In this document: positions 12,019 to 25,130 of the stretch, piece after piece | How the letters are laid out: each line of letters starts with the position of its first letter | Position numbering within the stretch: the stretch's first letter is position 1 | Assembly: GCF_020745735.1 (NCBI RefSeq) | Contig: NC_083409.1 | Coordinates: forward strand, 11,649,052-11,713,051 | Source: Hemiscyllium ocellatum | Lineage: Eukaryota | Direction: 5' to 3' | Length of the DNA: 64,000 nucleotides | Position numbers and translations under genes: made by a program | Notes under the pieces: model-generated | Told to the model about the DNA's origin: nothing | Seen by the model: only the letters and a program-made list of their open reading frames with translations | The model's database searches: none

Positions 12019-13949
12019 CTGAAAGACAAGAGAAACAATTTTAATCCCTGCAAAGCAAATGGATTTTGACTCTCAGTATATTCACTGGCAATACAATCAT
12101 ATTGAACATTTAGAGTCAATACAGAATAGACCCGACAAAAGAACAGGTATTGTTTAAATTGCTTCATGGGATATGAGAGTCACTGCCAGGACCAGCATTT
12201 ATTGCCCATCCCTAATTGCCCCTGAAAGAGAAGGGATAGTTTTAGACCATCATTTAGGGAATGAATGTGGGCAGCTGGAAGGGCTATCAATGGGGGAGCA
12301 TTTCAGTGACAGTGATCAGAACTCAGATTGAGTGTACGGATGGAAATGGAGAACAATGGAGCAAGTGTAAAAGTTTTCATTTGGGAATGAACTATTTTAC
12401 TAAACTGTGCGGTGATTTAGCAAAGTGGACTGAAATCAAGTACATGATGGAAAATCAGTGTCAGGGCAGTGGGAGACCTCGAAGGATGAGACAGAGATTG
12501 TTCAGAATCTGTTCCCACAATGAGTAAGGGTGAGACTCCCAAATATAGACTCTCAGCCTGGAATGTCAAAAGGCAGCAGAGTAGGGAAGACCAAACAGGG
12601 ATGGTGATGTTGGTTATCTGGAGATCAAACCTGCAGAAAGCTGAGAGGAGGATAGAAAATGCAGGGGTGACATTGAACAGGACCTGAGGAAGGCAAAGAA
12701 CTGACAGGATGAAATATGTCCAACTGAATCAGGAAAATCCCAATGAACAAGAGGATTGAGGTCATGTACTGACATGGATTGGGAACTGGTCGGCAGACAG
12801 GACAGAAACAACAAGTCTTTTTCTGAATGGCAGGTAGTTACCAATTGTCATACTACAGGGGTCAGTCCTTGGTACCCAGTTATTCATAATATACAATCAT
12901 AGAATCATAGAGACCCAAAAGGCCCATCAGCCCATTGTGTCCATACTGGTCAAAAAATAACAACCCAATAATTCTCATCCATTCTTCCAGTATGAGGGAA
13001 TTAGATGTGGTATGTGTTCAAGAAAGAATTAAATATTGTTCTTAGGATTAAAGGGATCAAAGAATGTGGGGAGAAAGGAGGAACAGGGGATTGTGTTGGA
13101 TGATCGGCTGTGATTGTATTGAAGGGTGGAGCATTCGAGATGTGTAAAATGATAAGGGCCCTGGACAGAGTGGGTAGGAAGGACAGATTTCCATCAGCAG
13201 AGAAGCAATAGCCATGGGGAGAGATTGAAATGAATTGGGGCAGGGTTTGAGGGGAGTTGAGGAGTAACTGTTTCCACCCAGAGGCTGGTGAGATCTGGGA
13301 CTTGCTGACTGAAAGGGTGGGAGAGGCCAAAACCATCATCACATTGAAAAAACACTTGAATATTCACTTGAAACAGCGAAACCTCCAGAGCTATGGAGAA
13401 AAGCTGGAAAGTAGGATGGAGCTCAATACATCTTTAACAAACCTGCTATCACCCACAGATCAGGAGAACTTTATCTGAGAACATTGGAGCAGACTTGGAT
13501 CCACACACTTCATTGGGTGTCCATGTGGAAGGTTCCAGATTACATTTCAAACCTTGCTGCACACCAATGGGCTGAGGTCAAGGGTGAGGCTACAAAGATT
13601 CTCACTGCCCCAGGGTCAGACAAGGTCACTTCTCCTAATGACTCAATGACCCCTGGAAGGTGAGAGTGCACGGACAATGGGTGAGGGTCAGGATCAGGAA
13701 GCTCCAACTTTAAAGAAAGACTTGAATTTGTGTGGCACCTGTCTCCAACTCAGGATGCCCCAATGGCTCTTTCCAGCAGAGTGTGCACAGTAAGATCCCA
13801 AACACATTATGATAATTAGCAGGGAAATAGATTTTTATTGATTTTGATTGGGGTATAAGTATTAACCAGGGCACTTGGGGAACTGCCTGCTCTTCCTCCA
13901 ATGGTGACATGGAATGGCATCTTTCACAACTGAAGGATTCACAGTTCAT

Positions 13950-14645
13950 TCAAAAAAAAAGTATAGTTCCTTCAAAGTGGAGTTGCAGGTCGATAGTGTG
14001 GTGAAGATGTTGTTCAGTATGCTTTCCTTTATTGGGCAGTGCATTGAGTATTGGAGTTGGGAGCTGTTGCGGCTGTACAGGATATTGGTTAGGGCACTTT
14101 TGGAATACTGTGTGCAATTCTGGTCTCCCTGCTACAGGAATAATGTTGTGAATCTTAAAATGCTTCAGAAAAGATTTACAAAGATGTTGCCAGGGTCGGA
14201 GGGTTTGAGCTATCTGGAAAGGCTGAATAGGCTGAGGCTATTGTCCCTGCAACTTTGGAGGCTGAGGGGTGACAATATAATGGTTCATAAAATCATGAGG
14301 GGCATAGATAGGGTGAATAGAGAAGATATTTTCTCCAGAGTGGGGCTGTTGAAAACTAGAAGGCATAGGTTGAAGGTGACAGTGGAAAGATTTAAAAGGG
14401 ACCTAAGGGCCAACCTTTTCATGTGGAGGGTGGTACAGGTATGAAATAAGCTGCCAGAAGAAGTGGTGGAGGCTGGTAGAATTACAGCATTTAAAAGGCA
14501 TCTGGATGGGTATATGAATAGGAAGAGTTCAGAGGGATATGGGCTAAATGCTGGCAAAGGGGACTAGATTAATTTCGGATATCTGGTCAGCATTGATAAG
14601 TTGGATTGAAGGGTTGGTTTCCGTGCTGTACAAATCTCTGACTCT
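13950..14645 (+). mobile_element. CR1 3' fragment present only in the pseudo-C paralog intron
   Basis: ORF 13914-14444 (LEYCVQFWSP); not seen at the matching site near 37050-37100. Confidence 0.8.
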
Positions 14646-16543
14646 AACTGAAGTTCAATTGAACCCTTAACACCTCAGACTCTCCCAAAGACATTTATAG
14701 ACAGTTTTGTTTGAAAACCAGTCACTGTTACAATGTCGGGAAAGTGGCAGCCAGTTTCTACTCAGCAAGATCCCATTAAAAGCAATGAGATCAAAGACCA
14801 CTGTTAATGATGCTGGTTCAAAGATAAATATTGTCCTGAACTCAACTCAAAGACCCAATAATTGGGTTCAGTTGGATGGAAAATGAGGAAATAGAGTGGA
14901 AAGGAGCAGGTAGGTTGGTGAATAGTGATGGGATTGATTGTTACCAGAAAATAAAAGGAAGGGGCAGAATTTTTGAATATCAAAGGAACCATGTGCAGGG
15001 AAAATCAATAATAGAACAAACTTAAAGAGGTTTTATCTAAATGCATGAACCATTCCGAGTACGGGAGACAAAGTGATGCCACAAATTGAGGTAAATTGAG
15101 TTTCCAAGGGATTTAAACTAGTTAAAGTGGAGGAGGGCTCAGGAGAAGTTATTCAGGTTTCTGGAAGATATAATAGGACAGAGAGTACGGAAAGGATCAA
15201 GAGTTGAACATCAAACACAAGAGATAAGAGGACAATGATGGGAAGAAGTGCAGTCAATGCAAGAATGAACTTGTAGTGCAGATTGAATCTGGCAGGTATG
15301 ATGTTGTGGGTATCACAGAGATATGGCTGTCAGGGGCTCTGGGCTGGGAACTAAATATCCAAGGATATATGTCCTATCAAAAGGACAGGCAGATGGGCAG
15401 AGGGGCAAGAGTTGCCTTGTTAGTAAGAAATGAAATTAAATCAATAGCAAGAAGTGATATGGAGTCAGAAGTAGAATCTGGGTGGGTAGAGTTGAGGAAC
15501 TGCAAGAAATAAAGAATCTGATGAAAGTTATGTCCAGGTCTCCAGGCTGTAATCAGGATCATGATCAGGAGGGGACAATGGGGAACACAATAATCTGATG
15601 CAAATTCCCCATCAACGCTCACCCATCCCTTAGGCACAGCAAGATCAAAAGCCAAGAAATTCAAATCAACTGTTTGGGAGCCAGAGCCACTGGGAACCCG
15701 AAATTGATGAATATGACCAGCAGGACCTTGTTACTCAGAATAACAATTGCATAAGAACAATTTGGGAAATAAATATTCCATAAATTAGACCTGGGTTTTC
15801 TTTACTCTTCAAATGAGATGGAATTGCCCCGTGTGTCCCTGGAGTCAGATTGAGAATGTTCAGTCCGGGGGAGTCTGGGAGTCATGGCTGGGGAGGACAG
15901 TCAATGATAAACTGGTTCCACTTTCTGCTGTCATATTCTGTAGCCCCTGGGCTATCTCAGTGACAACCATCCAGGGCTCAGGGTGGATTCCAGAGCAGCT
16001 CATTATCCTGACTGTTGTGTTCCTCAGTCCACACGTGGCTCCAGCAATCTCACTCCATGGTTCTCGTATCAGTGGGAACCATGGGGCTGAAATCTTATCC
16101 AAACAGAATCTCATACAGCAGGGAGGCTGCTGGTGGATCAGAAACCCCTTGGATTCAGTCCCAGATTCCACTGTGGCTCTTTCATTCAAACACAGCATTA
16201 GCACACTGACACCACATTCAGAGGGCAATCCTGAGATGGGGCAAGTTTGGTTCTTGATTCCAATGTGAGGAAATGGGGGCTGGGTGTGAAATGTCTAGTC
16301 TGAAACTGGTGGGGGTACTTTATAATGAAGAATAGAAACTGATGTCAGAATAAAGTCAGGTGTTGATGGGAGTGAGGAATATCTCAGTGATCTGTCTCCA
16401 GAATCCACAGCCTACACACATCCTTCTGTCAGACCCTGAAGGCTGAGAAACAGCTCCTTGACATCTAACATTTCTCCAACTTTCCCAGAAATGGTGAAAT
16501 ATTTTCTTTGTCAGTGATTCCCTGGGACAGGACATATTAAAAA

Positions 16544-18160
16544 GTGCATTTTAGAATGGATGGCATTGAAGTATGTAGGGAAGAGGTTTTGGGAATACTG
16601 GAAAGGATGAAAATAGATAAGTCTCCTGGGCCTAATGGCATTTATCCTAGGATCCTCTGGGAAGCTAGGGAGGAGATAGCAGAGCCATTGGCCTGGATTT
16701 TTATGTTGTCATTGTCAACGGGAATAGTACCAGAAGACTGGAGGATGGCGAATGTGGTCCCCTTGTTCAAGAAGGGGAGTAGGGATAGCCCGAGTAACTA
16801 TAGGCCAGTGAGTCTGACTTCTGTGGTGGGCAAAGTCTTAGAGAGAATTATAAGGGATAAGATTTATGAACATCTGGATAGGAATAACGTGATCAAGGAT
16901 AGTCAGCATGGTTTTGTGAAGGGCAGGTCGTGCCTCACAAACCTTATTGAGTTCTTTGAGAAGGTGACTAAGGAGGTGGACGAGGGTAAAGCAGTAGATG
17001 TTGTGTATGTGGATTTTAGTAAGGCGTTCGATAAGGTACCCCATGGTAGGCTAATGCAAAAACTACGGAGGTATGGCATTGAGGGTGCATTAGAGGTTTG
17101 GATTAGAAATTGGCTGGCTGGAAGGAGACAGAGGGTAGTAGTTGATGGTATATGTTCATCTTGGAGTGCAGTTACTAGCGGTGTACCTCAAGGATCTGTT
17201 TTGGGACCATTGCTTTTTGTTATCTTTATAAATGATCTAGAGGAGGGGCTTGAAAGCTGGGTGAGTAAGTTTGCGGATGACACAAAAGTCGGTGGAGTTG
17301 TGGATAGTGAGGAAGGATGTGGCAGGTTACAGCGGGATATAGACAAGTTGCAAAGCTGGGCAGAAATGTGGCAAATGGAATTCAATGTAGCTAAGTGTGA
17401 AGTCATTCACTTTGGTAGGAGTAACAAGAAGATGGATTACTGGGCTAATGGTAGGCTACTTGGTAGTGTGGATGAGCAGAGGGATCTTGGTGTCCATGTA
17501 CACAGATCTCTGAAAGTTGCCACCCAGGTAAATAGTGCTGTGAGGAAGGCATATGGTGTACTGGGCTTTATTGGCAGAGGAATTGAGTTCCGGAGTCCTG
17601 AGGTCATGTTGCAGTTGTATAAGACTCTGGTGCGGCCGCATCTGGAGTATTGTGTGCAGTTTTGGTCGCCATACTATAGGAAGGATGTGGAGGCATTGGA
17701 ACGAGTGCAGAGGAGGTTTACCAGGATGTTGCCTGGTATGGTAGGAAAATCGTATGAGGAAAGACTGAGGCACTTGGGGCTGTTCTCATTGGAGAAAAGA
17801 AGGTTTAGGGGAGATTTGATAGAGGTGTACAAGATGATTAGGGGTTTAGATAGGGTAGACACTGAAAACCTTTTACCGCTAATGGAGTCAGCTGTTACAA
17901 GGGGACACAGCTTTAAATTAAGGGATGGAAGGTATAGGACAGATGTTAGGGGTAGATTCTTTACACAGCGGGTTGTGAGTTCATGGAATGCCCTGCCAGT
18001 AGCAGTGGTGAACTCTCCCTCTTTATGGTCATTTAAGCGGGCATTGGATAGGCATTTGGAAGTTATTGGGCTAGTGTAGGTTAGGTAGGATTCGGTCGGC
18101 GCAACATTGAGGGCCGAAGGGCCTGTACTGCGCTGTATTTTTCTATGTTCTATGTTCTAT
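16544..18160 (+). mobile_element. Young 5'-truncated CR1 LINE with uninterrupted 511-codon RT/C-terminal frame
   Basis: KSPGP..., QHGFVKGRSCLTNL, GVPQGSVLGP, KFADDTK motifs; (TTCTATG)n tail; the ORF start is a truncation point, not a real start. Confidence 0.95.
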
Positions 18161-18429
18161 GCTGTGGGAAGGGAACTGTTGCCTCTCAATGACAAAGCCA
18201 ATGGAAGGATGTGGAGCTGGCAATGTGAAATGTTAGTGCACAGAGGATGACACCAGAAGCAATTCAATGTTGTCACTCTCTGCTTTGCAATTGCTAAACT
18301 GGTAATAATTGGTTTTTGCTCACAATTTGGTCTCTTGTATTCGATCCACTTGCCTTTCTTGCTTTGCTTCTTTTGACTTGAGTCTGTGGGTAGCTCCATC
18401 AAAACCCAATTCCCTCACTCTCATCCAGG

Positions 18430-18810
18430 CCCCTGAAGAGATTAGAGACAAAAGAAAGTGCAAATGCTGGAATCCAAGGTTGACAAGCAGGAGGCTGGGA
18501 GAACACAGCAAGCCAGGCAGCATCAGGAGGTGGAGAAATCAATGTTTTGGCTGTAATCCTTCTTCAGGAATGGGGGTGGGTTGGGAGGTGGGGGAATGAT
18601 GGGGGAGCTGCAGATAAAGGGAGTAGTGGGGGGCAGGGTGGTGAGATGGGGATAGGTGAAGGTAGGTAGAGGATTGGTTGATGGGAGGGATGAATACAAA
18701 TTACTCTCCCATCGACTAATCAGGTCATATTCTCTACCATTCTCAACCTATCCCTACCTCAACACCCTGCTCCGCCCCATTCCCTTTATCTCCTTTTCCA
18801 ATCTTTCCTC
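18430..18810 (-). mobile_element. Penelope-like pLTR fragment (left palindrome arm only)
   Basis: Similar to the 6340-6650 terminus. Confidence 0.6.
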
Positions 18811-20329
18811 ATCACAGCCCACTCATTCCAGGGATCAATCGGGTAAAATTCCTGCGAACCACCTCCGATGCATTTATATTCTTCCTTCAATAAGGAGACC
18901 AAAACTACCCTCAGTATTTGAGATGTGGTCACACCAATGTCCAGGAATAACTGAAACATCGCAGTCTCACTTTCTGGTCCTTAAGCACGTTTACACTCTC
19001 TTGTACCAGGCTTTTTACTGTCCATCTCTAATTGCCCTGGACCTGGTGGTGATTAGCTCCCATCTTGAACCCCTGCAGTCAGTCTGCTGTTGGTAGACCC
19101 ACAATGTCATAGGAGGGGAATTCCAGGATTGTGACCCAGTGATGATGTAGGAACTGCTTCATATTTCCAAGTCAAACTGGTGAATGACTTGGAGAGGAAC
19201 TTGCTGGGGTGATGGTCCCGTGTACCTGCTGTCCTTGTCCAAATATCAGTGGTCATGGGTTTGGAAGCTGTTGTCTCAGGATCTTTGGTGAATCTCTGCA
19301 GTGCATCTTGTAAATAGTACACAGAGCTGTTACTGAGCGTCAGTGTGGGGGGAATGCATGTGTGTGAATGTGGTTCCAATCAAGTGGGTAAACTTGTTTT
19401 CAACAAAATTTAAATAAAATAATATAAAACAGCATAAAATTAAATAAAATATAATTTTGCTGCCTTTTTGATAAAACATCACTGAACCCAAAAAGTTAAA
19501 CCTCCTCTCCCACAGAGGCTGCACCTGTTCCCTTTCTCCAGCATCGTGCTTCTATTTGAGATTTGCAGTATTTTGTTTATGTATCTGTTTTAATGCCATT
19601 GGTTATAAGAGAAGCATTGGTCAGCACACTGGGGAGATTTTCCCTGAGATGGTCACAAAGCCCTTATATTCACATCGACCAGAGAGGGCAGTGGTTTAAC
19701 CGATCATCCAGCAGATGGCATCTTTGCCTTTGCCAGCCTCAGGACAGTGCTCCAGTGTCTGGAGTGGGGCTTGAAACCTGCAGGTTCAGGTGACGGTGTT
19801 ATCACTGAACCCATCTATTCTTTTCTGGGATGTGGGAGTCACTGGCAAGACCAGCATTTGTTCCCCATCCCTACCTGTCCTGAAACTGAGTGGCTTCTTT
19901 AGCCTTTTAAATGGCAGGTAAGGGTCAGCCACATTACTGGAGTGCTGTTTTGTACATTCTGTGATACATGGAGACTCTGTCAGTATTGGGTATCGCAAGG
20001 TATGTTCCCTCCATTGAACACTTTCCAACACACTCTCTCCATCTTTCTTTACTCCTTATTGACTCTTCTACAATTGTCCCTGTTCCCCTACTCCATCCCG
20101 GTCTCAGAGGGATTGATGGCCGGAGTTCATGACCCCGCACTGTGTGAAGGTTGGTGTGAAGTGAGGCCAGTGTGTTGGAGATTGGGCTCCTGCCTCAGGA
20201 CCAGGTGTTGGGGCCTGTTCAACAATCTGCACATTGTCCTTTTCCTCTTTCTGAATGAACTGGATCAAGTTGCAGTAACGAGCTGGCGACAAGGTGTCTT
20301 GTCTAAAATGTTTCCAGCATTGGGCACAG

Positions 20330-21400
20330 AACTGGCTGAGTAGGAGGAGACAGAGGGCAGTGATGGGGGGATGGTTTTCAGAATGGAGGGCTGTGACTCG
20401 TGGTGTTCCACAGGGAACTCTGCTGTATATGGTCTACATAAATGATTTGGAGGAAAGCGTAGCTGGTCTAATTAGTAAGTTTACAATTGATACAAAGATT
20501 GGTAGAAGTGCAGAGAATGAGAAGGATTATCTAGGATATGGCAGGATAGAGATGCTTGGACAGAAAAATGGCAGGTGTAGTTTAATCCAGACAAATGTGA
20601 GGTGATGCATTTTGGAAGGTGATGTACAGGTGGGAATTATACAGTGAATGACAGAATCCTTTGGAGTATTGATATGCAGAGGGATCTGGGTGTGTATGTC
20701 CACAGATCACTGAAGGTGCCAGCACAGGGAGGTAAGGCAGTAAAAAAGGCTGATGGCCTGGTTGCCTTCATTGGAAGGGGCATTGAGTGTAAGGATAGAC
20801 AAGTTATGCTGCAGCTTTATAGAACTTTAGTTCGGCCACACTTGGAATAGTGCACACAGTTCTGGTCGCATCGAACTGCACACAGTCCAAAAAGAAGGAT
20901 GTGGATGTTTTGAAGACGGTGCAGAAAATGTTTACCAGGATATTGTCTGGTATGGGGGGATTGTAGATCTGAAGAAAGGTTGGAGAGACTGAGTTTGTTT
21001 TCACTGAAATGCAGGAAAATGAGGTGCGTCCTTATAGAAGTTTACAGAGTTGTGAATGGGATAGGCAGAGTGGAAATTATGAGACTTTTTCCCAGGGTGG
21101 AGGGGGTCAAATACTAGGGGACGCATGTTCAAGGTGCAGGGGTTTGGGGGAATTCATTGTAAAGAGGTGTACAAACCAAGTATTTCACACAGAGGAAGTT
21201 GACTACCTGGAACACACAGCCAGAGGAGGGGGTGAAAGCAGACACAATAGAAGTATTCAAGAAATTCCTGCACTAATGCATGAATAGGAAGGGAATAGAG
21301 GGATATGAATCCTGTCGATGAAGATAGTTTCAGTATAGAAGGGCAAAATGTATCAGCACAGGCTTGGAGGGCCGAAGGGCCTGTTCCTGTGCTGTATTGT
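20330..21400 (+). mobile_element. Decayed CR1 RT/3' fragment (left inner palindrome arm)
   Basis: NWLSRRRQR, GVPQG, SKFTIDTK; inverted paralog at 23590-24580. Confidence 0.8.
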
Positions 21401-21829
21401 CCCTTGTTCTTTGATCCCTGCTGTTGAATTGGATTCTCGGGAGCCAGCTCCATATGAAGAGCCTGTTCTCATTCTTTTGTTGGAGTTCATGGGGCAGCTG
21501 CTGCTTCCTTGTTACGTCACTGATCAAACCAACAATGGGGAAAGCCTCTTGATATTTTAAATACACTGTCTGCAGGAAAATGTTTGGCTGAGGTTTTAAT
21601 ATTGTTTAATAAGATAATGACATCAATACATCAGTGTTCTTTACGGCTGGGAGCATTTAACATCATAGTCCTTGTTTCAAGTGGACTCTCACTCATGATA
21701 ATACAGTTTTCAATGTTTCTCTCCCTTTATGTGTTACGAAGAGATTTGCCAACATGTTTTGGTGAGGACAGTGCATCTTCATTGGAGGATTGGAAGATGA
21801 TATCTTCAGGACACACACACTAAACAACC

Positions 21830-22920
21830 CCACCATCCTGTGGCCGACCATTTCAACTCCCCATCCACCTGCTAAGGATATGCAAGTCCCTAGGCCTACT
21901 CCACCGCCAAATTGAAGCCATCTAACAACTGGAGGAAGAACACCACATCTTCCACCTTGAGACCCTCCAATGACAAGGAATGAATGTTATAGAGTCATAG
22001 AGTCATAGAGATGTACAGCATGGAAATAGACCCTCAGTCCAACCCATCCATGCCGACCAGATATCCCAATCCAATCTAGTCCCACCTGCCAGCACCCGGC
22101 CCATCTCCCTCCAAACCCTTCCTATTCATATACCCATTCAAATGCCTCTTAAATGTTGCAATTGCACCAGCCTCCACCACATCTTCTGGCAGCTCATTCC
22201 ATACACATACCACCCTCTGCATGAAAAGGTTGCCCCTTAGGTCTCTTTTGTATCTTTCTCCTCTCACCCTAAACCTATGCCCTCTAGTTCTGGACTCCCC
22301 AACCACTGGGAAAAGATGTTGTCTATTTATCCTAATCATGCCCTTCGTAATTTTGTAAAACTCTATCAGGTTATCACTCTGCCTCTGATGCTCCAGGGAA
22401 ACAGCACCAGCCTGTTCAGCCTCTCCCTGTAGCTCCGATCTTCCAACCCTGGCAACGTCCTTGTAAATCTTTTCTGAACCCTTTCAAGTTTCACAACATC
22501 TTTCCAATAGGAAGGAGACCAGAATTGGATGCAATATTCCAGCAGTAGCCTAACCAATGTCCTGTACAGCCGCAACATGACCTCCCAACTCCTGTACTCA
22601 ATACTCTGAATGTTGATGTTACTTGTTTCCTCATCTCCACTCCCCCAGCTTATCCCAGGTCCAACCCTCCAACTCGGCACCACCCTTTTGAACTGTCCTA
22701 CCTGTCCATCTTCCTTCCCACCTATCCACTCCATCCTTCACTCTGACCTATCACTGTCACCCCCCCACCTCCACGTACCTATTGCAATCTTCATTACATT
22801 TTCGCCAGCCCCAATTCCCTCCCATTTATCTCTCCGACTCCTCACTCCCTCCTCTCCATTCCTGATGAAGAGCTTATGCTCAAAATGTCGACTCTCCTGC
22901 TCCAGGGATTCTGCCTAACC
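21830..22920 (+). mobile_element. Penelope-like 3' end interrupted by a CR1 fragment (21989-22606, minus)
   Basis: PLE-type sequence on both sides; TGAATGTT duplicated at 21981-21988 and 22607-22614; (GACTCTAT)n-type CR1 tail. Confidence 0.7.
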
Positions 22921-23589
22921 AGCGCTACATGATTTCATTCTGTGCTGTGGTAACAGTGTGTTAAAGCCCAGTGCAGGTCATCCGTCATCTCAATCGGAGC
23001 ACAGGGTCTAAGGTGGGTCAGTAATGTCTGGCCCCAGAACAATAACACTGACTGACTGGAGACAACCCAGATCAAGTCCCAGTGAGAGTGTTATTGACCT
23101 TCACACTCAAAGCCCACCAAGGAGGTGGTTATTGTTAGTTTCAATGTTGCCACAGATTAAATTCTCCCAGAGATTCATAATTCATTCCAGATTTTAAACA
23201 AGGGAGGGATGTTGTGGGGAGACAGATGGGAAGGCATGGAGAGGAAACAAAAAGGAGAGAGAATTGCACTTCTGTTACACTGTTCATGAGCTCAGGATGT
23301 TCAAAGATGTTTTACAGCTAATGGAGAAATTCCAAAGTCTAGTCATTGTTGTAATATGGGCGGGGGAATGACAGCTCCCCCGAACAGAAGGAATGCAAAA
23401 ACTGCTATCACTATGAGAGTGGAAAGGTCGGATGGAGACAATGACAGTGACACCCTCCACAGAGAGAGAGGGGAAAGTACGCAGACACATTTAAAACTGT
23501 ATTAACACAAGTGAGAAATCAAACAAACACCCACTTCATCATGTGTCTTCCTGCATTGTTGGTTTGAATCCAATTCAACAGCAGGCACC

Positions 23590-24580
23590 AAAGAACAAGG
23601 AACTATACAGCACAGGAACAGGCCCTTCGGCCCTCCCAGCCTGTGTTGACACATTTTGCCCTTCCTCACCGAAACTGTATTCACCTACAGGATTCATATC
23701 CCTCTATTCCCTTCTTTTCCGTGTATTCATCCAGGTATTTCTTGAATGCTGCTATTGTGTCTGCTTCCACCACTTCCACTGGCAGCGTGTTCCAGCCCTC
23801 ACCACCGTTTGTGTGAAATACTTACCTCACACATCTGTTTTAATTCCCCACTGCACCCACCCACCCCCTCCCACACCTTGTACCTGTGTCCCCTAGTAAC
23901 TGACCCCTCTACCCTGGGAAAATCCCTCATATCAGACAGCATTCTTGGTACATTTTTTCAGTACCCTCTCCAAAGCATCCACATCCTTCTGGTCATGGTG
24001 ACCAGAACCATATGCAATATTCCAAGTATGGCCAAACTAAAGTTCAGTAAAGTTGCAGTATAACTTGTCTATCCTAATACTCAGTGCTCCTCCCAATGTA
24101 GCCAAGCCTGCCATTGCCTTTTTTACTACCTTAGGTGCTGCCACCATCAGTGATCTGTGAACATGTACACCCAGATCCCTCTGCATTTCAATACTCCAAT
24201 GGATTCTGCCATTCACTGTGCAGGTATTCTGCCACGTGCTTCATCTTTCAAAATGCATCATTTCACATTTATTTGGATTAAACTTCATCTGCCATTTTCT
24301 ATCCATGCGTCCAATTGATCTATGTCCTGCTGTATCCTCTGATAATCTGATCATTAACTGCAACTCCAGCAATCTTTGTGGCATCCACAAACTCATGAAT
24401 TAGACTAGCCATGTTTTCGTCCAAATCACTTATGGAGACCATGGACAGCAAAGGTACCATCATTGATCCCTGTGAAACCCCACAAGACACAGCCCTCCAT
24501 TCTGAAATCCATCCTTCCATCACTACCCTCTGTCTCCTCTGACACAGCCAGTTCTGTATCCAATGCTGGGAACATTTTAG
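23590..24580 (-). mobile_element. Decayed CR1 RT/3' fragment (right inner palindrome arm)
   Basis: ORF 24320-24589; same 5' junction sequence as 20330-21400. Confidence 0.8.
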
Positions 24581-25023
24581 ACAAGACACCTTGTTGCCAG
24601 ATCGTTACTGCAACTTGATCCAGTTCATTCAGAAAGAGACATAGGACAATGTGCAGATTGTTGAACAGGCCCCTACACCTGGGCCTGAGGGAGGGGCCCA
24701 AGCTCCAATACACTACACATGAAATTTAAGACAGAGTGGGGTCATGACGTCTGTCCATATGTTCCTTTGGGACCGGAAAGGAGTGAGGAAATAGAGGCAA
24801 TTGTAGAAGAGTCAATAAGGATTAAAGCAAGATGGAGAGCGCTTTTTGGAAAGGGATTAGTGGAGAAAATATACTTTTTGCCACCCAACGTTGACATAGT
24901 CTCCGTGTATCACATCATGAATAAAATAGCACACTGTGAGGACAATCAAAAGTTACACCAAAGTGCTTATTTTTGATATATCACAGCATGCAGAGCATTT
25001 TTATTGTGGTGCAATTAGGTATC

Positions 25024-25097
25024 CTGGTTCAAAAGATGTTCTCTCTCTCTCTCTATCTCTCTCTCTCTCTCTCTGTCTCTCTGTCTCTCTCTCTTTG

Positions 25098-25129
<32 letters not shown>

Positions 25130-25130
25130 C
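25024..25130. repeat. Imperfect (CT)n microsatellite
   Basis: Direct reading. Confidence 0.95.

Larger units (their letters stand above)
11140..15510. repeat. Direct paralog of 34350-37960 (3' UTR, C exon, distal J-C intron)
   Basis: Colinear matches at 11160/34370, 12260/35500, 13200/36300, 14850/37290, 15280/37720. Confidence 0.88.
15560..19943. repeat. Left outer arm of inverted duplication (pairs with 30600-34270)
   Basis: Colinear reverse-complement matches: 15560-16543/33000-34270, 18161-18430/32720-33000, 18820-19943/30600-31720. Confidence 0.9.

Noticed and set aside
16544-18079. Host reverse transcriptase gene or autonomous element
   Set aside because: 5'-truncated CR1 ORF2 lacking endonuclease, ORF1 and promoter; begins at the insertion junction.
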